Source: an uncultured virus (IMG/VR IMGVR_UViG_2061766007_001600)
Lineage: Duplodnaviria; Heunggongvirae; Uroviricota; Caudoviricetes
Direction: 5' to 3' (one strand)
Virus record (IMG/VR): IMGVR_UViG_2061766007_001600
DNA length: 48,499 nt
Under the pieces are notes generated by a model, which ran no database searches, was not told where the DNA came from, and worked only from the letters and a program-made list of their open reading frames with translations. A program made the translations under genes and the position numbers. Shown here one piece after another: positions 9,784 through 20,409 of this stretch (positions are counted from its first letter, which is position 1; every line of letters begins with the position of its first letter).

Positions 9784-9786
9784 TTA
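9743..9786. terminator. Bidirectional intrinsic terminator
   Basis: AAAAAAGCATCTCCG-loop-CGGAGATGCTTTT. Confidence 0.8.
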
Positions 9787-11693
9787 TGCGTCTGTTACTG
9801 TCATGGTAACAGGCTGCTTTTTTTATAGAGATCCGTCTTGTACACAANNNNNNNNNNNNNNNNNNNNNNNNNNNNNNNNNNNNNNNNNNNNNNNNNNNNN
9901 NNNNNNNNNNNNNNNNNNNNNNNNNNNNNNNNNNNNNNNNNNNNNNNNNNNNNNNNNNNNNNNNNNNNNNNNNNNNNNNNNNNNNNNNNNNNNNNNNNNN
10001 NNNNNNNNNNNNNNNNNNNNNNNNNNNNNNNNNNNNNNNNNNNNNNNNNNNNNNNNNNNNNNNNNNNNNNNNNNNNNNNNNNNNNNNNNNNNNNNNNNNN
10101 NNNNNNNNNNNNNNNNNNNNNNNNNNNNNNNNNNNNNNNNNNNNNNNNNNNNNNNNNNNNNNNNNNNNNNNNNNNNNNNNNNNNNNNNNNNNNNNNNNNN
10201 NNNNNNNNNNNNNNNNNNNNNNNNNNTTCATGGTGTCCAGCTTTTCCTGAAGTTCGGCTTCTCTGTTAATCAGTTCCTGACGCTGAAGAATGAAGTCTTT
10301 CTCGCTGATGGAGTCGTCTATCAGATACAGGGAGCGCAGCCGTTCAAGTGCTTTCTGTGTCTTCTCGATCTCCCGGCGAAGCCTGGTCAGTTCGGAATCA
10401 GGCTTCTTTGATGGTTGAAGCTTCAAAGAAGCACCGTAGATGTTTTCACTGACTTTGCCGGACTTCAGCACTGTGTATAAGTCTTTCAGCCCTGTTTCCT
10501 CAATATGGTCGATATAGTGGAACGTGCTTCCGATCAGCAGTCGATCCTGCAGTTCGAGGGGTGAGCCGATGGTGTCGATGCTGTTTTGGGCATTTATCAT
10601 GTTCAGGATGTAGCTAAAAACAATGTCACCGAGCACTGGGTCGCTTGTACTCTTAGCCTGACAATGGTCATAGCTTTTCAGGCGGGTAGGGCAGATGTAC
10701 CTGGTATATCTGAATCCGTCCTTTTTCTCACCGGAAGAGGAAACCCTGAGCAGATGGCCACAGCTGNNNNNNNNNNNNNNNNNNNNNNNNNNNNNNNNNN
10801 NNNNNNACTTTTCCTGTACTTCTGTCGGTCTATTCTTGTATTCTGATCCATTATCTGTAAGATCCGCTCTTTCTGCGACCGGGAGATGATAGAGGGGTGA
10901 TGGTCCGTAACAGTCACCCACNNNNNNNNNNNNNNNNNNNNNNNNNNNNNNNNNNNNNNNNNNNNNNNNNNNNTGTACTCATAATCGCCTGTATAAAAGC
11001 GGCTTCTGAGAATCAGACTCAGTGATACAGGATTCCACATCACTCCCGATCTTGTCGTCAGACCGTCATGGTTCATGTTCCTGGCGAGGTTAATGAGAGA
11101 TTTTCGATCTTCATACTCATCGTGGATTCTCCGTACGACAGCAGCCTCTTCCTCATTCACCGAGAACGTCATGGTGTCTGCGTCATAATCATATCCGTAC
11201 GGAATCCGGCNNNNNNNNNNNNNNNNNNNNNNNNNNNNNNNNNNNNNGATATCATGGTAGCAGTCACTCTTTCCGAGGTCATGTTCCGCTCCAACTCAGC
11301 GAATACCAGGATGATCTTGAGCATCGCCTCTCCCATGGCGGTAGACGTATCAAACTGCTCAGACCGGGAGACAAAAGTGACTCCCAGCTGCTTTAATTCT
11401 GCGTACATGGTTGCGAAATCAAGGAGATTACGGCTGATCCGGTCGATCTTCCAGACGAGCAAGTGTGTATAAGCACCTGTGCGCAGCATGGTCATCATAC
11501 GCTGAAACTCAGGACGGTCAGTGTTCTTGCCTGAGTATCCGGCATCCTCAAAGACTGTGTATTCCCTGGCATGCAGAATCAGGTCTGCATAGGATATCAG
11601 GTCTTTCCTTTGCATGGGAAGGGAATCTTTGTCGATTTGGTGGACGGTCGAGACCCGGCAGTAGATTGCGACCCTGTTCTCCGTTTGCTGCAT
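9779..11693 (-). CDS. Large serine recombinase (phage integrase); frame breaks at gaps, 3' end approximate
   Basis: AIYCRVST, DAGYSGKNTDRPEFQ, KIDRISRNLLD, FAELER; recombinase domain, Zn ribbon (CGH..YIC..C), coiled coil. Confidence 0.93.
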
Positions 11694-11737
11694 TGCTTTA
11701 TCCTTCTCACTGTGCTTATATCAACGACCGTATTGCG

Positions 11738-12075
11738 TTAGCTTGTCATGGTAGCGGCATATGCGTCTGACAGCCCCTTCACATAGGACAAAGCGGTCGC
11801 CTGGAGTTCAGGCGGAAGAGATCGGAAAGACAAGAGCATGGACAATTCCGAGGTATTCTCTGCTCTACGTTCATCGTTCTTATTGAAGTCTTCACCGGTC
11901 AGGATGTAGTCGATTGAGCGGTTGAAGAATTTGGAAATGACGAGAAGCATCTCACCAGAGGGCATACCACCGTGCTGCCACCTGGAGATGTTGCCTGTGC
12001 TTATCCCCATTTTTTTCATGGCTGTGGTAGGGGTGAGTCCCTTCTCGTTGCNNNNNNNNNNAATTTTGAAGTCAT
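11738..12075 (-). CDS. CI-like XRE repressor
   Basis: HTH GISTGNISRWQHGGMPS...SIDYILTG; GGAGGA RBS before ATG at 12075; divergent from cro. Confidence 0.85.
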
Positions 12076-12097
12076 GGCAATCCTCCCAAAAATAAGT

Positions 12098-12151
12098 GCG
12101 CACTATTGTGCACTTTAAACAGTTGACAGACGCACCTCAGTGAGATACTCT
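12098..12151. promoter_or_regulatory. Lysis/lysogeny switch: rightward promoter with two operators
   Basis: TTGACA-17-TACTCT; GCGCActattgTGCAC and ACGCAcctcagTGAGA. Confidence 0.7.
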
Positions 12152-12231
12152 AATCATATCTTACCTATATACGTTTCAATGATACCCTAATATCCCAGAA
12201 TTGGCAAAACATACCTGAAGGAGGTGAGTGA

Positions 12232-12438
12232 ATGAGAAAATTGTGTCGATGGTCCAAGCAGGTTCGGATAGCAAGGATAGAAAAGGGCATTAGTCTGAAA
12301 GAACTCTCTCAGGCGGTGCATCGTTCGCCACAGTATATGAGTGCTGTCTGCAGCCAGCGTGTCAGGTCGCCGATTACAGAAAAGCTGATATCGGACTACC
12401 TGAACATCGAAGATGATGGTAAAGATGTTTACGATTAA
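12232..12438 (+). CDS. Cro-like HTH protein
   Basis: 68 aa, ISLKELSQAVHRSPQYMSAV; first gene of rightward operon. Confidence 0.75.
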   Translation: MRKLCRWSKQVRIARIEKGISLKELSQAVHRSPQYMSAVCSQRVRSPITEKLISDYLNIEDDGKDVYD

Positions 12439-12961
12439 ATGNNNNNNNNNNNNNNNNNNNNACGACTGCACGAAAGAGAACACAAATGTATATTTCTGTG
12501 CACGAAAAGAAGCGGCAACGCACAACCCGGCACTATATGCCAGGGATCGGGCTGCGGAAATGATCGGTGTATCAATGTCAACACTCGCAGACTATGAGTT
12601 GGGAGTGACAAAGGTCGTGCCGGTTGACAAGGTTGTCCTGATGGCAGATCTGTATGATCACCCTGAACTAAAGACAGGGTACTGCAAGCATGAGTGTCCG
12701 ATAGGGAAGGATTTTCCGGTCAAGACCAAGGTCGGCGGTTTGGAAGGGATCACACTAAGAGTGCTGAAATCACTGGACGAAACCGAAATCACCGAGATGC
12801 GCAACACACTAATTGACATAGCCAGTGATGGTCAGATCGATGAGAGCGAAAAGGAAGAATTGCAAAAGATCCTGGACGGACTCGACCGGATTATTATGGC
12901 AGCAAGCGAACTAAAACTTGCCGGAACGAAGATCCTCAAGCGGATCAGAGGGGAAGAGTGA
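12438..12961 (+). CDS. HTH regulatory protein (CII-like)
   Basis: RAAEMIGVSMSTLADYELG HTH, YCKHECPIG, IASDGQIDESE. Confidence 0.7.
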
Positions 12962-13087
12962 TGAGTGTGGCCGAGATGTGGGAAGTTTTACAGGGTTACG
13001 GCATCACTACGATGGATGAATTTACAGAAGCCCTGAAAAACAGCAAAGGAATCAACATAGGAGTGTTCACAGAAGGGAGGAAGAACT

Positions 13088-13966
13088 ATGACTCAGAGGG
13101 AATATCTAACGAAGCTGAACGAAGGGTTATTGCATGAACTCACGAGGAACGAAAAGGCACTGCCACCCGGATTCAACAGGCAGCGGTTTGCGCTGAATTG
13201 TATCACAGTGATCAGTGACATGCTGAACGATAAGAAGATGGTGGACAAGCTTGCGACTATCCAGATGGATTCGATTATCACGACTTTCTGCAAGGGTGCG
13301 TATCTTGGGTTGGACTTTTTCAATGGTGAGTGCTATGCNNNNNNNNNNNNNNNNNNNNNNNNNNNNNNNNNNNNNNNNNNNNNNNNNNNNNNNNNNNNNN
13401 NNNNNNNNNNNNNNNNNNNNNNNNNNNNNNNNNNNNNNNNNNNNNNNNNNNNNNNNNNNNTCCGGCCAAAGCCGTTTTCCAATGCCGATATAAAAGGTGT
13501 ATTTGCAGTCGTGACGTATACCGATGGATCAATGATGTATGAAACAATGTCTGTAGATGAGGTCAATAAAATCCGGAATACATATTCCAGGGCAAGCAAT
13601 TCGAAAGCCTGGGTGTCATCCTATGGTGAGATGTGCAAGAAGNNNNNNNNNNNNNNNNNGTACATAGATCTGAACTTTGATTCGATTGAGGCGGTGTCCG
13701 CATTCCGTGATGGTGGAGATCTGGACATCAACAAGATCGAGGAAAAGCCAGCATCATCTGAGGTCATTGACGTTAGTGCACAGATCCAGCAGGCGCAGCT
13801 TCCGGACAATGGTCAGAAGAAGACCGTATCTGACGTGATTGAATCTGCCAACATCATGTCGAGAGCACCGGTTCCGCCAGATCCTGAATTGGCAAGACCG
13901 ATGGAAGAGATACCGCCGCAGGACATCTATGCGCAGGCGGAGGAGTTCGATATCATGGCCGGATAA
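13088..13966 (+). CDS. recT: RecT-family single-strand annealing protein
   Basis: ALPPGFNRQRF, LGLDFFNGECY, MSVDEVNKIR, WVSSYGEMCKK. Confidence 0.85.
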   Translation: MTQREYLTKLNEGLLHELTRNEKALPPGFNRQRFALNCITVISDMLNDKKMVDKLATIQMDSIITTFCKGAYLGLDFFNGECYXXXXXXXXXXXXXXXXXXXXXXXXXXXXXXXXXXXXXXXXXXRPKPFSNADIKGVFAVVTYTDGSMMYETMSVDEVNKIRNTYSRASNSKAWVSSYGEMCKKXXXXXXYIDLNFDSIEAVSAFRDGGDLDINKIEEKPASSEVIDVSAQIQQAQLPDNGQKKTVSDVIESANIMSRAPVPPDPELARPMEEIPPQDIYAQAEEFDIMAG

Positions 13967-13979
13967 GGGGGAGGTGGCT

Positions 13980-14813
13980 ATGACACTCAACAGTGAGAAT
14001 TATTACACCCAGGAGTCAAATAAACGCTATATGAGCGTATCACAATATAAGGATTTCGCTGGAACGTGGGGTCATCATGGCTGCGAGTTCNNNNNNNNNN
14101 NNNNNNNNNNNNNNNNNNNNNNNNNNNNNNNNNNNNNNNNNNNNNNNNNNNNNNNNNNNGATGGTCGGATCGTACGTTGACTCGTACGTTGAGGGTACGC
14201 TCGATGAGTTCAAGACGAAGAATCCGGACATCTTTAAGCGTGATGGAAGCCTGAAATCAGAGTACATTAAGGCAAACCAGATTATACAGCGAATGGAGTC
14301 TGACAAGTATTTTATGACTTATCTGTCTGGTGAGAAGCAGACGATCATGGTCGGCAAGCTGTTCGGAACGGAGTGGAAGATCAAGATGGACTCTTATATC
14401 CCGGACGTAGCGATANNNNNNNNNNNNNNNNNNNNNNNNNNNNNNCAATTTCTGAGGTTCACTGGGTCAAAGACTATGGATATATCGATACGCTGAGGTA
14501 CTGGAACTATGACATCCAGGGGGCAGTCTATCAGGAGGTTGTTTATCAGAATACCGGCAAGCGTCTGCCTTTCTATATCGCCGCCACGACCAAGGAGAAC
14601 GAACCAGACATACGGATTGTCCAAATCACTNNNNNNNNNNNNNNNNNNNNNNNNNNNNNNNNNNNNNNTGAGAGCCACATGCCAAGAATCCTCAGAGTGA
14701 AGTCTGGAGAAGAAGAGCCGGATCGTTGTGAAACATGTGACTGCTGCCGTCATTTCAGGGTTTTATCTAAGCCAATATCCCTCGATGATCTGACATCTCA
14801 GATCGCTGTCTGA
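13980..14813 (+). CDS. PD-(D/E)XK exonuclease-like protein (DUF3799/RecE-like)
   Basis: ENYY..YMSVSQYKDF, WKIKMDS, YDIQGAVYQE, C-terminal CETCDCC; adjacent to RecT. Confidence 0.8.
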
Positions 14814-14900
14814 TTTTTATGTGGACAAAACGCATATATGCACGTTATAAAAGACATTGAACGCATTATGATGCGGAGACAGGTCGTTGGGGGATAACTC

Positions 14901-15949
14901 ATGGGTGGAAAAGATAAAAAGTATTACTGGCTCAGGTTGAAGCGTGACTTCTTTAAGAGACACGACATCCAGATCATTGAAGCTATGCCGAATGGCAAGG
15001 ATTATATCCTGTTCTATCTCAAGCTGCTATGTGAGAGCGTGGACCACGAAGGTAATCTGCGTTTTTCAGATGCGATTCCTTATAGTGAGCAGATGCTTGC
15101 GACAATCACGAATACGAATATTGATGTGGTGAGAAGTGCGACTAAGGTCTTCATCGAATTAAAGATGATGGACGTTATGGATGACGGCACTTACTACATG
15201 TGTGAGGTCAACAAGATGATCGGGGTCGCAAGCCAGGACGATCACACCAGGGAATCGACAAGACAGAGAGTCAAAGCGTTCAGAGAGCGCAAGAACAAGA
15301 AAAAACAACTGCTGACTGATGGTCTGACGGAAACGGAAAGAGAGCGTTACAGTAACGGTTCTTGTAACGAAAATGAGCGTTACAGTAACGTTACAGACCG
15401 TTACAGTAACGGTGAGGAGCGTTACAGTAACGTTACGCAAAGTTACGGTAACGTTACATGTAACGGAGAGATAGAGTTAGAGATAGAGAAAGATATAAAT
15501 AATATATATATGNNNNNNNNNNNNNNNNNNNNNNNNNNNNNNNNNNNNNNNNTGGTGAAGTGACGGAAACGAAGAAGCCTGACAAAAAACAGCAGATCCA
15601 AAAAGATGCAAATGCCCTGTTCGAAAGGCTATGGAAGAAATACCCTAACAAGAAAGGCAAAGGACAGGTCAGCGATTCTAAAAAACGTGCTCTACTCGAA
15701 GTGGGTGAAGAGCACATGAGCCGTGCGATCACACGATACATCGAAGAGCATGATAAGCGTGAGCGTCATGGTGAGTTTACTCCGTACTGGCAGAACGGCA
15801 GNNNNNNNNNNNNNNNNNNNNNNNNNNNNNNNNNNNNNNNNNNNNNNCATGGTGAAACAACCGGATTTGTGAATTTCCGGCAGAGTGAAACTAACTGGGA
15901 TGCTATCGCAGATCAGATCATGCAGCTGGAAGACGAAATCCCTCCGTGA
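14901..15949 (+). CDS. Phage replisome organizer/replication initiator (probably one gene across the gap)
   Basis: KKYYWLRLKRDFF, YLKLL, EIELEIEKD; C-terminal FERLWKKYPNKKGK. Confidence 0.85.
15345..15466. repeat. Palindromic iteron array (putative phage origin) inside the initiator gene
   Basis: CGTTAC-A-GTAACG exact at 15345, 15378, 15399, 15420 plus degenerate copies. Confidence 0.8.
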
Positions 15950-15990
15950 TGGTGTTTTGAACAGACATCGAGATCACAGAGGGGAAGGAA

Positions 15991-16334
15991 ATGGCAAGTA
16001 GCATAGTTCAAGACAAAAAGGTGTGCTTCCTGTGCGGTAACGCTTTCAAGTACGGCTGGAATCATCTCGAAGAGCATCATTGCTTCGGAGGTCCTAACAG
16101 GCGATGGTCGGAAGAGTACGGTCTGAAAGTGTGGCTATGTGGAAGCAGCTGCCACCGCAGTGGGAAGCACTCCNNNNNNNNNNNNNNNNNNNNNNNCTGA
16201 TGGTGAAGCGGGCAGCGCAGAAGAAGTTCGAGGAGACGCATTCCAGGGAAGAGTTCATGAGGATATTCGGCAAGAACTATATTTGGGACGAGGAAGAAGA
16301 TGATGGACAGGATTCCGAAACGGCTGACGTTTGA
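15991..16334 (+). CDS. Zn-binding HNH-like phage protein
   Basis: CFLCG, EEHHCFGG, LKVWLC..CH, FMRIFGKNY. Confidence 0.65.
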
Positions 16335-16767
16335 GATTCCGGGTGAGGCGGTAGCGAAAGGGCGACCGAGGGTAGTGACATCTCATGGTCGGAATCTGAC
16401 TTTCACGCCGGAGAAGACAAAGAACTTTGAGAATTTGGTAAAGCTGATGTACGTGAATCAGTGCAAGAATCAGAAACTCGAAGGTTCGATCTCAGCCACA
16501 ATCCATGTGTTTCATTCAATACCGAAGTCAACATCGAAGAAGAACAGAAACTGCTGGCTGATGGGCAGGCATCCAGTCACAAAACGGCCAGATACGGACA
16601 ATATTGCTAAGGCTGTGCTCGATTCCCTCAACGGACTTGCCTACAATGACGATTCACAAGTAGCGGAATTATACGTCACAAAAGAGTATTCAGACCGTCC
16701 GAGAACGATGGTGATTCTGAGAGAGATCGATAACCTGGGGATTGAGAATCTGGAAGGAGAGTGGTAG
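16300..16767 (+). CDS. rusA: RusA-family Holliday junction resolvase
   Basis: KGRPR, RPDTDNIAKAVLDSLNGLAYNDDSQV. Confidence 0.9.
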   Translation: MMDRIPKRLTFEIPGEAVAKGRPRVVTSHGRNLTFTPEKTKNFENLVKLMYVNQCKNQKLEGSISATIHVFHSIPKSTSKKNRNCWLMGRHPVTKRPDTDNIAKAVLDSLNGLAYNDDSQVAELYVTKEYSDRPRTMVILREIDNLGIENLEGEW

Positions 16768-16951
16768 AGAGTGACAACCGTAATTCTGACAATGGTCATG
16801 GTGGCTCTTTTGATAGCACTGTTGTGTTCTAATGACGAAGGGAGCAGGTCAATAGGACTGTCGATTGCGTTCTGCGTCACGCTGGTACTGATGGTTGGAT
16901 ACGAAATCTGGAACACTATGTTACCGATGTTAAAAGTTTAAGGAGGGCGAT

Positions 16952-17846
16952 ATGGAAGAATTGAACTTGGTAATTAGGCAGCCGGAAGAGGGGAAGTTCC
17001 TGACTCACATCACATGGAACAAAGACGAACTCAAAGCGTACATCGAGAAAAAGGTAGCGGACTACCAAANNNNNNNNNNNNNNNNNNNNNNNNAGAAGGA
17101 CCGGGCAGACCTCAACAAGCTGAAGAAGCAGATCTCCGACCGAAGGATCGAGGTCAAGAAAGCGGTCATGGCTCCGTATACCGAATTCGAAACCGATGTG
17201 AAAGAGGTCCTGGAACTGATCGAGCAGCCAATCAATCAGATTGACGCACAGATCAAGGCGTATGAGAGCGACCAAAAAGAGGGCCGGAAACAGGCTCTTT
17301 TCAATCACTACATGACATACAGCGATGAGTTCCAGTCGATGGTGCCTTTCAAGTCGATGCTGAGCGAGAAGATGCTGTTGGCTTCAAAATCTGAGAAGNN
17401 NNNNNNNNNNNNNNNNNNATCGTGCATCAGCAGATCGAAACAGACCTGATGACAATCGACATGGGTCTTGAGGAGAGAGACCGGGAATATGCGAAGCAGA
17501 GATACCTGAGTTGCTTCGATGTGGGTCGTGTTTTCGCAGAGATGCGGCAGATCATGGACAGGCGGAAAGCAGAAGAAGACCGGAAAGCTGCACAGGCCGC
17601 TCAGGAAGCCCANNNNNNNNNNNNNNNNNNNNNNNNNNNNNNNNNNNNNNNNNNNNNNNNNNNNNNNNNNNNNNNNNNNNNNNNNNNNNNNNNNNNNNNN
17701 NNNNNNNNNNNNNNNNNNNNNNNNNNNNNNNNNAAGTCTATGTCACCCACTTCACCTGCTACGGAACGAAAGCCCAGCTTTACGCACTGAGGGATTTCAT
17801 GGTGCAGAACGGCATCCGTTTCGAGCGGATCGCAAATGCATCATAA
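16952..17846 (+). CDS. DUF1351-like coiled-coil phage protein
   Basis: WNKDELK, RADLNKLKKQISDRRIEVKK..PY.EFE; C-terminal QLYALRDFM..NGI. Confidence 0.75.
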
Positions 17847-17859
17847 AGGGGGAGAGGAT

Positions 17860-18325
17860 ATGTGGGTTAAGGCAATACCGCCGAAGTGCATGCGTGACAA
17901 ATTCGGAATGTATAAACGTGACACCTGGCATGGCGAAATGGACAGATGCTGGATAGACAATGATGCGAACATATGCGTCACTTCCAGACTCATACGGACG
18001 AAGTTCGGCAATGTCGAGCACGTTGCGATTACAAGGGGCGGAATGACAGCCGATGGCAGCGGAGNNNNNNNNNNNNNNNNNNNNNNNNNNNNNNNNNAAT
18101 GAACTGTTCGGTGAGAACCGTTTTGCAATCGAGGTGTTCCCGAAGCAGAAGAATCTGGTCGATGTGATGGACGTATACCACCTGTGGGTTTTCGACAAGA
18201 AGCTTGAGATGCCGTTCGGTATCGCACCAAAAGAGATTAAACCGGCTGTAAACCGTGGGTATCAGTTCACGGAAGAAGATATGAAAGTAATGGCCGAAGA
18301 TTACAAGAGGACAGGCAAACTCTGA
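17860..18325 (+). CDS. conserved hypothetical phage protein
   Basis: ELFGENRFAIEVFPKQKNLVD..YHLWV. Confidence 0.6.
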
Positions 18326-18336
18326 ATGGTGGCGAT

Positions 18337-18943
18337 ATGGGGAAGAACATGCAACGAACGGTAACGTTCACGGAACAGCAGCTGAAAGAGTACCAGACAC
18401 AGAGTCTTGCGACAGCGATGGCTGTGTGCCTGGACTATCACGAAAAGCTGAGGCAGAAGGAAATCCGGGAATTCCCAAAGCGGATACTGCATAACACAAA
18501 GCTGCTCCTCCGCAAATACCGAAGCTTCAAGACGATGGCTGATCATGCAATTTATGCTCCTGAAGACACAAAGGACGAGGAGATACGGAAGATCATAGAC
18601 CTGATGGGCAACAAAAGCAGGGAGGATCTGAGGATACGCAGTATTCAGAAGAATGCGATAACGACCAAAACGATCATGGCTCATGTTGACAGGGCATTAT
18701 TTGAGTTCCGGATTGACTGCGAGATCTACGCAAAGACAGGGCAACCTGACTGGCTGAGGAGATACAGGGTGATTGATGGTCTGTATATTCAGTTTCCACC
18801 NNNNNNNNNNNNNNNNNNNNNNAGAGCACGTGAGCGAGAGATCCGTATTCAGGGACAGGGATGCTGCATGTGATAAGTTATCCGGATACCTGTGGGGTGT
18901 GGCAAGCCTGAGGGGATTCCTGATGGCAGAAACATGTCAATAA
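18337..18943 (+). CDS. RinA/ArpU-like late transcription activator
   Basis: NTKLLLRKYR, RRYRVIDGLY; C-terminal HTH HVSERSVFRDRDAACDKLSGYLWG after gap. Confidence 0.7.
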
Positions 18944-18978
18944 ACAATAGGCAAAGCATAATAACAAGACACAGAAAA

Positions 18979-19012
18979 GACCGCTCACGTCACAGTTTGA
19001 GCGGTCATTATT
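18979..19012. terminator. Terminator hairpin between convergent genes
   Basis: GACCGCTCA/TGAGCGGTC. Confidence 0.65.
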
Positions 19013-19060
19013 TACTACTTATTTACAGGATTAACCGTATATAGGCAACACCTTCTATGT

Positions 19061-19282
19061 CTATTCTCTATCGCTGGCAGTCAAGTCATTCTTCATGGTT
19101 TCATTAAACGCACGAATAGCAAACTGGTTGAGACTCTCACCGCAGCTTTTTGCATGGTCTTGATATTTCTTTTTATCCCCTTTCGGAACACGTATGCGAA
19201 GGTCGTCCACCTTTTCTCGCATGTACTTTTGAATAGCCTTTTTCTGCGCATCTGTGTATCTGGTCTTATTTCGCTCTACCAT
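19061..19282 (-). CDS. Ribbon-helix-helix-like DNA-binding protein
   Basis: AQKKAIQKYMREKVDDLRIRVPKG...GESLNQFAIRAFNETM. Confidence 0.75.
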   Translation of the reverse strand: MVERNKTRYTDAQKKAIQKYMREKVDDLRIRVPKGDKKKYQDHAKSCGESLNQFAIRAFNETMKNDLTASDRE

Positions 19283-19493
19283 GACATTCCCTTTCAAGTG
19301 TGCATAAACAATGTAACAGAATATTCAAAACCCTTATACTACAAGGATTTTACCAGTTTGAATTATATGGGTACATAGACAATGTTACCAAAATAAAGTT
19401 GTCAAATATGTGCATATCGTCAATTGTAATCTATGAGAATATAGATTAAGATGTCATTGTCAGGAGACAACAAGAACAGAAAGGAGGAGAACA

Positions 19494-19810
19494 ATGAGGA
19501 GATTCAATCTTTCAGAGATCATGACCAAAGCGTGGGAGAACTTCCGCAAAATGGAAATCAGCTTCCCAGAGGCACTTCACAGATCATGGCTGACAGAAAA
19601 GGCTTCTGACGTGAATAAAGCCAGGATTGAAGCAGCGAAAGCAGCGGCTGGCATCACTGAAGAAACAGCTACGTGGTACGACTGGAAGAAAGCCGGGTAC
19701 GAAGTGGTTCATGGGTCGAAAGCCCTTTTCGGAGCGGATCTGATTTGGGGAGCAAGAGGCGATGGTGCTGTGTACAAGGCAAGATTTTTCNNNNNNNNNN
19801 NNNNNNNNNN
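19494..19810 (+). CDS. Small protein with ArdC-N-like motif (stop in gap)
   Basis: TWYDWKKAGYEVVHGSKALF...YKARFF; AGGAGG RBS. Confidence 0.6.
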
Positions 19811-19935
19811 NNNNNNNNNNNNNNNCTGTCAGAGTGGCACCTCTGACAGGAGCGATCCCTCCACGAGGGACCGAAACTCGGTACGGTCATTATAACACGT
19901 GATCCGTACCCACACAAGAGAAAGGAAGTGTGGAT

Positions 19936-20175
19936 ATGACAAAAAAGAACAGAGCGAGGACAGACCTGTATGATAAGTATCTTGAACAGTACAGCGAACT
20001 GAAAGCAGAGAGCAAGGCAGGATTTGATGAATACTCAAAGGCATCGTATATCAACGGATTTCTTGATGGTATAGATCTTCTGACCGGAAAGCCGGTGGAT
20101 ACATATTATCATGGTCTTCTTGCAGCAAAGGAAGTTATGACCGGAGAAAAACCGACCCTTCATCTCAGATTGTAA
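19936..20175 (+). CDS. hypothetical protein
   Basis: ORF with RBS; paralog of 5434-5624. Confidence 0.55.
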   Translation: MTKKNRARTDLYDKYLEQYSELKAESKAGFDEYSKASYINGFLDGIDLLTGKPVDTYYHGLLAAKEVMTGEKPTLHLRL

Positions 20176-20229
20176 AATGTCAGTCTGTGAGTACACAAAT
20201 GTGCGTGGTTGAGGGATTCCATGGTGTTA

Positions 20230-20395
20230 AAACGTGTCAGAAAACTGTCATTGTGCAGGCAAAAATACCGGGGTATCATTATAGACGTGATCACTCGGCT
20301 GACCGTTGTGGAGGAGCACCACCCGGTTGCAGCTGCTGAGAGCAATTCTTCCTTATTGGAGCGGTAGAGATACCGCTCCTTTTACTGTGCATAAA
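20230..20395 (+). promoter_or_regulatory. Putative late promoter (TGTCA repeats), structured leader and terminator
   Basis: TGTCAgaaaacTGTCA; GGAGCGGTA-GAGA-TACCGCTCC-TTTT hairpin. Confidence 0.5.
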
Positions 20396-20409
20396 AAGCG
20401 GAGGTGGAC

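Noticed and set aside
19826..19890. Hammerhead-like CTGACAGG...CGAAAC
   Set aside because: Core does not match CUGANGA and CTGACAG lies in a 9-bp hairpin.
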